Shown one piece after another: positions 29,365-64,000 of a stretch of 64,000 bases of DNA (positions are counted from its first letter, which is position 1; each line of letters begins with the position of its first letter). Origin of the DNA: the human T2T-CHM13v2.0 reference genome, Homo sapiens; assembly GCF_009914755.1 (NCBI RefSeq), contig NC_060925.1; one strand, given 5' to 3'. A model generated the notes under the pieces. The model was given only the letters and a program-made list of their open reading frames with translations. It was not told the origin of the DNA and made no database searches. Both the position numbers and the translations under genes were made by a program.

Positions 29365-30922
29365 TCAAGTCCAGTCAAGAGAGGGTTTTTTTTTTTTTTT
29401 TGAGGTGGAGTCTCGCTCTGTTGCCCAGGCTAGAGTGCAGTGGCGTGATCTTGGCTCACTGCAACCTAAGGAGGGTTTTTTTGTTTGATTGTTTTAAGAT
29501 GGAAGAAATAAAATCATGTTGCTATAGCAATGAGAGGTAATAGCAGAAAAATAGCGATGTAGGTGAGAGGAAGAATTGCTGGATAGGTGTCTTTGAGAAA
29601 GTGACGTGGTATGAGACCTAGTACTTGAGCTCCTCAAAGTGTCATCAATGGACTAGTGACCATCTAGAAATGGTTTTTCACCAGTTTGTGACAGCAATTC
29701 AGAATTAATATTTTGAAACTTTTATAACAATTTGACAGAAAAATGTTACGCGTGTTGGGTTTAATAATAAAAATTCTGCCTAGAGTAGTCAAATTCATAG
29801 AGATAGAAAGCAGAACAGTGATGGCGAGGGATTGGGGGAAGTTAGGAATGGGGAGTTATTGTTTAATGAGTACAAGCTTTCAGCTTTGCAAGATAAAAAA
29901 GTTCTGGAGGCCTGGCACATTGGCTCACGTCTGTAATCCTAGCACTTTAGAAGTCTGTGGCAGGAGGATTACTTGAGCCTAGGAGTTTGAGACAAACCTG
30001 GGCAACACAGTGAGACCTTGTCTCTACAAAAAAAAAAAAAAAAAAAGGTAGCCAGGCGTGGTGGTATGTGCCTGTAGTTCTAGCTGCTTAGGAGGCTGAG
30101 GTGGGAGGATCGCTTCAGCCCAGGAGTTTGAGGCTGAGTGAGCCGTGATTGTGCCACTGTACTCCTGATGGGTGACAGGGTAAGAACTTGGCTCAATAAA
30201 TAAATAAATAAATAAATAAAAGAAAAAATAAAAAGTTCTGGAGCTTCTTGATGGGGATGGTTGCACAACAATGTGAATGTATTTAATACCATTGAACTGT
30301 ACACTTTAAAATGGTTAAGCAGGTTTAAAAAATCTGGGCTTGCATTTTGGATGCTTGTTTTTAAATTTTAATTTTTTCTAGTAATTAATTTTGATTGTAT
30401 TTTACAGAAATTTAGTTTTGTGATTGGGGATAAAATCTGGGTCTTTTAGCACAGATGCTTGAGAACTGAGGAGGATTTGATGTTAGCTAAAAGACAAATA
30501 ATTAACTTGTAGTAAGGAAAGGAAGGCAGAGAGAGCATCAAAGCAGAGTTACAGGTTCGTTGGAAGTCATGGTGGGTGCTGGGAACTTGTAGATGTTCTT
30601 TTTGGTTTGTTTGATTTTCTTGTGAATTAGAAGCAAAATCATCAGCTAAATGAGATGAGGGAGGAAGTGTCGGAGGTTTGAAGAGACAGGAGACTTGAAA
30701 TAGTTATGTAGCAAGGTGGGAGAGTGTGTGAAACTGGAGAAATGTGGTAGGGTAGCCACTCATTATGGCCTCTTGAGAATAATGATCTCAAATTTACGGG
30801 GAGTCAGTCAACCACTTTTGGCTTTTTCTCCACCCACTCCATTGCTGGAGTTCTGTCAGTACAAAGAAAGCAGAGAACGACTAGAGAAATGAAGGTAATA
30901 CTGAAGAAATCGACTTCATGTA

Positions 30923-31029
30923 CCTCATGTACTCACTTTCTTCCCCAAACAGCTTAGATTCTATTAGATTCCATTTCATGACGGACGATAGAATCTAAGC
31001 TGTTTCAGGAAGAAAGTGAGTACATAAGG
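30923..31029. repeat. Inverted repeat with 42-bp arms and a 23-nt loop
   Basis: 30923-30964 matches the reverse complement of 30988-31029 at 39 of 42 positions. Confidence 0.95.
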
Positions 31030-31116
31030 CCAGCGTGGGGAGGAATAGCGAAAAGGTAGTTGGATCAATGGATTTGGGGTCTTGGAGTTGAAGTTTTTGG
31101 AGTTGGAGTATTATCA

Positions 31117-31428
<312 letters not shown>

Positions 31429-31430
31429 TC

Positions 31431-31466
31431 AAAAAAAAAAAAAAAAGAAAGAAAGAAAGAAAGAAA
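31431..31466. repeat. A-tail-derived (GAAA)n microsatellite
   Basis: Poly-A followed by about five GAAA units. Confidence 0.85.
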
Positions 31467-31976
31467 GGAAGAAGGTTGCAATGGGAGTTAGAGGATTAAA
31501 ATTGAGATTGTAGAGAAGTTACAATTATTCGTATGAGCATGAGAGTGAGAGGCTGAGCCAAGAATGATCCCTAGAGAAGAATCTGAGAGGCCAGAGGATT
31601 GGAAGAATTAAGCGAATTTTGAAATAACCAAGAGTTATGACAATAGTAGTAATGAATGACAGTGAACCAGAAGCCCAAATCTTAGAGAATGATGGTGAAT
31701 GACAGAGGAGTCTATAGGTGACCGAAGTGAGCGATGCTCTAATCTCTCGTCATGATGTAATATTTAAAGCTTTTCATATTTTGAAGGGATGCTAGGATTT
31801 GGGGGTGTGTGGCTCCTTTAAGGGCCTGGGAGGGGGAGAAGCTGGAGGTCGGGCTGGGGGGGGGGGGGGCGGGACCCCCTCGTCTGAGTCTGCGCATTGA
31901 GAGCGGAGGCGGGTCCAGGCGCGGGCTCGCGCGCCCGGGCGGGTCCTCGCGGGGGCGGAGTCTGCGCTCTGGTTCG

Positions 31977-32012
31977 GGCTGCGGCTGCGGCTGCGGCTGC
32001 GGCTGCGGCTGC
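31977..32012 (+). repeat. (GGCTGC)6 hexanucleotide repeat at the ZYG11B TSS/5' UTR
   Basis: Six perfect GGCTGC units followed by degenerate TACTGC TACGC. Confidence 0.95.
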
Positions 32013-32163
32013 TACTGCTACGCTTCTAGCTTGAGGGAAAGAGGCCGAGGCCTGGGCCAAGCCCGGAGCCGCCGCTCGCCGGAGCCTCCTGGAGCCTCCG
32101 CGCCGGCTCAGCCTGGGGGCGGGCTCCGGTCCGGCCCGCCGCCGCACCCAGGACGGAGGCTGC

Positions 32164-32193
32164 ATGCCCGAGGACCAGGCCGGCGCAGCCATG
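32164..32193 (+). CDS. ZYG11B: ZYG11B exon 1 coding part (MPEDQAGAAM); substrate receptor of a CRL2 E3 ligase for Gly/N-degrons
   Basis: ATG CCC GAG GAC CAG GCC GGC GCA GCC ATG followed by a GTGAGG donor (phase 0), in a CpG island; joins in frame to the exon at 61970. Confidence 0.95.
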
Positions 32194-33933
32194 GTGAGGG
32201 AGCAAGGCCTGCCCTAGCCGCAGCCGCCCGCCACCCTAGCCCCCGCCCGTCGCGCTGGCCCCTGCGGTCTTGCCCCTCCCTGTCTCTGGTGTCCCCTCGG
32301 GCTCCCTGCCTTTACCTCTCTCCCTCGTTACCGCCCCCTCGGTGTTCAGCTCCTCCTTCCCCATTCACCTGCTTCGGTGAACCCCTTTAGGTGACACCCC
32401 CTGAATCTCCCTTCTCCCCGATGACATCCTTTTTATCACCCCCAGTGACAGCCTTTTTCGCATTCCCTTTGTCGCCCACTCCTTGTCCTTTAACCCTAAC
32501 CCTTCCTTTCTTTCTCCTCTATCATTTTGCCTTTTTTCCTCTTATGTGATTTTTACTTTCCCCCCTTTCCTCCCTAGTTTTCGCTGCTCTTCCTTGCTCT
32601 TCTCACCCCTCTTCACCATTTTATCTCCACTGCCCCCTTCTCTCCGTGTTCCTTCTCCCCTTCGTCCTCTTCCATCCACGTTTCCTCTTCCCTTATCGGA
32701 TGTCCTCGCTCGGTTCGCCGTCGCAGCTGTCCCCATTTCCTTCTACGGGCTTCAGGGGTCTAAGCAGGAACAATTTGAGGACTGTTGCTTCCCGGGAGCT
32801 GTAGGGCGGGCAGATAGGGATTTATAGGTTTGCTTCTTCCTTTTCGTTTTTGGAGGCATTGAAGAGATCCTGGAAGCCTATTCACCTAGTGTCATTGCAA
32901 AATCGAAGTGGTGGTGTGTTACAGAGCAGTGAAGTGAGGGCCAGCATGCATACTGTGACCTCAGGAGAGATCTAGTCTTTTGACAGAAATAGCTAAAAAA
33001 TGTTTTGAATTTTTTTTATTTTGAGCATCTTTTAATGTGGAGGTGCAGTTGGAGAAGTTTAAAAATACTTATTTACAAGCTTGGCTATTATTACTAAAAA
33101 CAAATGATTTGTTTTCATTTGGAGGCAGAGACCAAGGGCATTTGAGGACTGACAATCAGGTTGGCAGGTTGTGACAGTCTCTTTAAACCTTCTAAAGAGT
33201 TCATTTGTTTTGCCCTGTCTGCCTTTAGTTGGGAGAACCTTATATTTGCAAATTTTCTTTCTGTCTGAAAATAGGTTGAGGCTTCAGTTGGTTTTTTCAT
33301 TGAGTTGGGTTATAAGTGGTTTGCTGTACATTTATTGAAAACATTGCTCCATCATATGCAACAAGCTAAATTTTGGTCTCTGGGAGGAATAAGGCAAAAC
33401 TAAGTCCTGATAATTATGTTCCCCTAGGAGGTTAGTCAGTTTCTTTTTTTCCCTCCAGCAGTTTTTTAGAAAAGTAATATACTATAAAATTATTTAATCT
33501 ATGAATTTTCCCTAACTCACTCCTGCATTTTTAGTCTGTCATTTTCCTGTGTTTGTCTCCTTCACTTTCACACACTGTTGTTGTATGCTAACCTGTTTCT
33601 CCCTGTGGAATGTAAGTTCTAGGTAGCAACCGTTCCTTACTTATTATTCCAAGTGCCCAGGCCAGCTAGGTGCTTGAATGATTCACTTTATGGTCTCATT
33701 TCCCACCTGACTAATATAAACTTAAACTGAAATTTGAGGTAACTAGTGGACTACACAGAAAGAGTGAGTTTGAGAATTGTTGTTTGGAGACGATCTTGCT
33801 CTGTGGCCCAGGCTGGAATGCAGTGGCACAATCATGGCTCTTTGCAACCTTGAACTCCTGAGGTCAAGTGATCTTCCCACCTCAGCCTCACAAGTAGCTG
33901 GTACCACAGGCACGGACTACCGTGCCCCGCTAA

Positions 33934-34110
<177 letters not shown>

Positions 34111-34499
34111 TGATGATATACTTTTCAGAATAAAGAGCTATCCTACCTAAGACATTACACTGCTAGATTTTTGAAAGTGTGGGCCCTTCCATTGAGAATG
34201 AATGTATGAGAGGGAGGAGTTATGAACTCCCCTTTGAGGTATTTAGGATCTAAAAGTGTCCTTTGAGCTGGGCCTGAAAGTTGAATAGGATTTATATAGA
34301 TCATTTTGGGAAGGGGAAGAATGCCTCATTGTGAATGTGAGTAGCAAGTAGAAAGGATCCCCTCACAGGGATTTTTTTTTTTTTAAGAAAGAAAGTAGGA
34401 AGGAATTAGGATGCATTGTAGGAAGTAGTATTACCCTTATATAGCATGGAAGGATGCAAGAATGGAGATGTGTAGTAGGAAATGAGGCTAGCAAGATAC

Positions 34500-34849
34500 T
34501 GTCTTAGCCCATTCAATCTACTGTAACAAAATACCATAAACTAGGTAGCTTGTCAGCAACAGAAATTTATTTCTCAGAGTTTGGAAGGCTGGGAAGTCCA
34601 AAATCAGTTCCCCAGTGGATTCAGTGTCTCGTGAGGGCTCTTCCTAAGTCACCTTTTCACTGTTTTCACACATGGTGGCAGGGGCCAGGCAGCTCTCTGG
34701 AGTCTCTTTTATAAGGGCACTAATCCCATTCATGTGGGCACTAACTGGTGATCTAATCACCTCCCAAAGGCCCCACCTCCTCATACCATTACCTTGGGGG
34801 TTAGGATTCCAACATATGAATTTAGGGAGACAGAATTCAGACCACAGCA
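34500..34849 (-). mobile_element. MaLR solo LTR (MLT1A-like)
   Basis: TG...CA ends; AACAAAATACCATAAACT, GGCTGGGAAGTCCAA and CAACATATGAATTT motifs. Confidence 0.8.
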
Positions 34850-35130
34850 GACATATTAGGCATGATTATGTTTTAAACTTTGCATCTAATTAACTTGATT
34901 TTTCCTTGCTTGTTAAAACATATACACACAGAGTAACAGTGTATGTATGGGAGAGGTGAGGAGAAGGCAGAATATTAGCTTATTTTGAGCTAGGAATTAT
35001 CAGTAGAGGCCACTTTCTCGTGCAATATTTTTGTAGATAATAAATACAGTTGAATGAATGATTATTATAAAGCTTTGTATTTTATATTTGTTAAATGTTA
35101 ATTAGGTTGTGTTTGAATAGTTGAGATGTT

Positions 35131-47975
<12,845 letters not shown>

Positions 47976-48070
47976 GATAGAAAAAGAGATGTAAAAGAGA
48001 GAATTTTTTTTGTATTTTTTTACAGCTGTACAATGTGTTTATGTTTTGTTACTTCAAGAGTCAAAAAGTA

Positions 48071-48377
<307 letters not shown>

Positions 48378-48398
48378 TTAATAAAAAAGTAAAAGTTC

Positions 48399-48928
48399 TG
48401 GGGGGCAGCCCCCGCCCGGCCAGCCGCCCCGTCCGGGAGGGAGGTGGGGGGCAGCCCCCGCCCGGCCAGCCGCCCCGTCCGGGAGGTGGGGGGCGCCTCT
48501 GCCCGGCCGCCCCGTCTGGGAAGTGAGGAGCCCCTCTGCCCGGCCGCCACCCCATCTGGGAGGTATACCCAACAGCTCATTGTGAACGGGCCATGATGAC
48601 GATGGCGGTTTTGTCGAATAGAAAAGGGGGAAATGTGGGGAAAAGAGAGAGAAATCAGATTGTTGCTGTGTCTGTGTAGAGGGAAGTAGACGTAGGAGAC
48701 TCCATTTGGTTCTGAGATTAGGGAGTCATCACCACTCCCTAATCTCAAGTACCCAGGGACACAAACACTGCGGAAGGCCGCAGGGTCTTCTGCCTAGGAA
48801 AACCAGAGACCCTTGTTCACTTGTTTATCTGCTGACCTTCCCTCCACTATTGTCCTATGACCCTGCCAAATCCCCCTCTCCGAGAAACACCCAAGAATGA
48901 TCAATAAATACTAAAAAAAAAAAAAAAA
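48399..48928 (+). mobile_element. 5'-truncated SVA retrotransposon (end of VNTR, internally deleted SINE-R, poly-A)
   Basis: GC-rich VNTR units (GCCCGGCCAGCCGCCCCGTCCGGGAGG), SINE-R sequence, AATAAA at 48903-48908 and poly-A. TSD AAAAAAGTAAAAGTTC at 48383-48398 and 48929-48944. Confidence 0.95.
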
Positions 48929-50070
48929 AAAAAAGTAAAAGTTCATAAAATCGCTAAGAAAGTTACAGTAAGATAATGTTAATTTATTACTGAAGAAAGA
49001 CAAATTTGCTCAGGAGTTCGAGACCAGCCTGGGCAACATAGCAAGACCTTGTCTTTACCAAAAATAAAAAAAAATTAGCTGGGTGCTTTGGTGCACACCT
49101 GTAGTCCCACGTATTATTCCAAAGGCTAAGGTGAGAGGATCGCTTGATTCCAGGAAATTGAGACTGCAGTGAGCTATGATCACACTACTGTACTCCAGCC
49201 TGGGTGATAGATTCTGTCCCCACCCCCCAAAAAGAAAAAACATTTAAATAAATTTAGTGTAGCTTAAGTATTTATAGTCTACAATAGTGTGCAGTAATGT
49301 CCTAGGCCTTCACATTCACTATCACTGATTCAACTGATATATTCCAAGTACCTTCCAGTCCTGCAAGCTCCATTTATGTTAAGTCCCCTCTACAGGTGTA
49401 CCATTTTTTATCTTCTATGCCTATCCCTACTGTACCTTTTCTTTTCTTTCTTTTTTTTTTGAGACAGAGTCTCGCTCTGTCACCCAGACTGGAGTGCAGT
49501 GGCACAATTGATCTCAGCTCACTGCAACCTCCGCCTCCTGGGTTCAAGCGATTCTCCTGCCTCAGCCTCCCCAGTAGCTAGGACTACAGGCACAAGCCAC
49601 CACACCCAGCTAATTTTTTTATTTTTAGTAGAGATGGGGTTTTACCATGTTGCCCAGGCTGGTCTCAAACTCCTAACCTTAAGTGATCTGCCCACCTCAG
49701 CCTCTCAAAGTGCTGGGATTACAGGTGTGAGCCACTGCATCCAGCCTTTTTCTATGTTTAGATTTTTCAGATACACAAATACTTAACATTTTGTTACAGT
49801 TGCCTACAGTATTCAGTACAGTAACATGCTGTACAGGTTTTTGCATCCTATCTACCACCTCTATGATCACACAATGACAAAATTGCCTAATGACACATTT
49901 CTCAGAATATATTCCTGTTGTTAAGCAACACATGACTGTACTAATATTATCCCCACTCTACATAGGATAGAACTGAGTGTCAGAAGAGCTAGGTAATTTG
50001 ACCATTGTGATAACACTAGAATTCAACTTCAGTTCTACTGTTGTTCTTAACTACGATATTTCTAGAGAAG

Positions 50071-56090
<6,020 letters not shown>

Positions 56091-56833
56091 CTATTTTTAA
56101 TAGCAGCTTTATTGAGATATAATTCACATACCATGCATTTCACCTATTAAAGTGTACCCAGTTCAGTGGTTTTTAGTATATGCAGAGTGGTGCAACTATA
56201 GCCACAATCAATTTTAGAACATTTTCATCACTCCAAAAAGAAGCCCTGTGCCCACTAGCATTCACTTTCCATTTTCTTCTAACCCACCTTCCCTCTAACC
56301 CTAAGCAACCAATAATCTCCTTTCTGTCTCTGTACATTTACCTCTTCTGAACAGTTCATACAAATGGGATCATACAATACGTGGTTTTTTTGTGACTGGC
56401 TTCTTCCACTTAGCATGTTTTCAAGGCTCATTCATGTTGTACAGTACATCAGCATTCCTGTTTTGCTAAGTAGTATTCCATTGTGGGGCTGTACTATATT
56501 TTGTTTATCCAGTCATCTGGTTTTTGTTGTTTCTGAAATAGAGTCTTGCTCTGTCACCCAGGCTGGAATGCAGTGGTGCCATCACGACTCACTGTAACCT
56601 CCCACTTCAGCTCCTGAGTAACTAAGACTACAGATACCTGCTACCACACCCAGCAAATTTTTGTGTTTTTTGTAGAGATGGGGTTTCACCATGTTGCCCA
56701 GGCTGGTCTCGAACTTCTGGGCCCAAGTGATCCTCCCAAAGTACTGGGATTACAATTGTGAGCCATCACGCCCACCCCATCCCACCCTACCCATTTATCA
56801 GTTTTGATGGATATATTTGGGTTGTTTCTACTA

Positions 56834-58350
<1,517 letters not shown>

Positions 58351-58799
58351 GGACCATTTTTTTTTTCTTGGGGTGGGGTACAGAGTCTCGCTATGTCGCC
58401 CAGGCTGGAGTGCAGCAGCATGATCTCAGCTCACTGCAACCTCTGCCTCCTGTGTTCAAGTGATTCTCCTGCTTCAGCCTCCTGAATAGCTGGGATTACA
58501 GAAGTGCACCACCACACCCAGCTAATTTTTGTATTTTTAGGAGAGACGGGGTTTCACCAAGTTGGTTAGGCTGGTCTTGAACACCTGACCTCATGATCCA
58601 CCCACCTCGGCCTCCCAAACTTCTAGGATTACAGGTGTGAGCTGCCGTGCCTGACCTCAGACCACTTTTTAACTATTATGAACAATGCTTCTGTAAACAT
58701 TCACATACAAGATTTTGTGTGGACATGTTTTTATTTCTGGGTATATACTTAGGAGTAGAATTGCTGGATCGTATTGGTAACTGTTTAATTTTGTAATAA

Positions 58800-59700
<901 letters not shown>

Positions 59701-59766
59701 TAATTTTTGTATTTTTAGTAGAGACGAGGCTTCACCATGTTGGCCAGGCTGGTCTTGAACTCCTGA

Positions 59767-60353
<587 letters not shown>

Positions 60354-60431
60354 TAGGACCTTGATCTATTTTGTGGTAATTTTTCTATATGATGTGAGAT
60401 AGGACTTTGTCTTTATTCTTTTGTATGTTGA

Positions 60432-60653
<222 letters not shown>

Positions 60654-61001
60654 TAGTAGAGATGGGATTTGACCGTGTTAGCCAGGATGGTCTCGATCTC
60701 CTGACCTCATGATCCGCCCACCTCGGCCTCCCAAAGTGCTGGGATTACAGGCGGGAGCCACTGCACCCGGCCAAAAAGCAAGCCCGTTGAATTATCCTGG
60801 CATTCTTGTCAATATCAATTGACCACGAATGTAAGAGTTTATTGCTGAACTCTGAATTCTAGTTCATTGATCTATGTGTCTATCCTTATGCTGGTGCCAT
60901 ACAGTTTTGATTACTTTAGTAATCAAAGTCTTTCAACTTTGTTTTTCTTTTCCAAGATCGTTTTGGCTATTCTAGGTGTTGCATTTCCATATGAATCTTA
61001 G

Positions 61002-63730
<2,729 letters not shown>

Positions 63731-64000
63731 GATACACCTTTATATCTTTACAGTTGATAAACTCATAAGTATGGAATATGATTTGTCCACAGCTATAGAA
63801 TAGAATGTAAATTTGCCAATAATAATAGCTGTCATTTATTGAATGCCTATGTGCCAGGGATTTTACATGTATTTTCGTGGAATTTTCGCAAAAACTCTAT
63901 AAGGTAGCTCTATTATCATTCCCGTTAACATATAGATAAACTGAGGTTCAGAGAAGTAACGTCCTGAGGGTCATACTGCAAGTAAATAGTGGAGTCCTAA

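Larger units (their letters stand above)
31850..32380 (+). promoter_or_regulatory. ZYG11B CpG island, promoter and 5' UTR
   Basis: Dense CpG, G14 run at 31856-31869, several GGGCGG boxes, no TATA box; encloses exon 1. The TSS cannot be fixed from sequence alone (probably near 31.98 kb). Confidence 0.88.

Noticed and set aside
31978-32163. Poly-Ala N-terminal extension of ZYG11B from the repeat
   Set aside because: In-frame TGA at 32032-32034.
31809-32390. 193-aa plus-strand ORF over the ZYG11B promoter
   Set aside because: GTG start probably upstream of the TSS, out of frame with the CDS and crossing the splice donor; GC-rich stop avoidance explains its length.
48399-48560. GC-rich tandem repeats resembling a CpG-island promoter or repeat array
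   Set aside because: Explained as the SVA VNTR.

Overview
Human genomic DNA, identified by an AluYb-lineage element, an SVA and exons matching human proteins; from recall this is the 1p32.3 COA7-ZYG11B interval. Two genes are transcribed divergently from separate CpG islands about 28 kb apart. COA7 exon 1 lies on the minus strand (CDS 3762-3867), and ZYG11B exons 1 and 2 lie on the plus strand (32164-32193, 61970-62135). The rest is very Alu-dense, with L1, L2, MIR, MER5, Tigger3, MLT1 and MER21 relics, a 5'-truncated SVA, and three retrocopies: an NDUFS5 processed pseudogene, a 7SL pseudogene and a U2 5' fragment. Almost all ORF-track entries are Alu read-through. The most unusual signal is a set of local template-switch or templated-insertion scars. 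These are a near-perfect 42-bp-arm hairpin about 1 kb upstream of the ZYG11B promoter, a fold-back deletion in the SVA, a 30-nt segment copied into an Alu from 961 bp away, an Alu tract shared between two elements 1.64 kb apart behind a hairpin junction, and a 182-bp tandem duplication. There is also an orphan CpG-rich, promoter-like element at 8.4-9.15 kb. Repeat subfamily names, pseudogene numbers and reference sequences are from memory, not from database searches.
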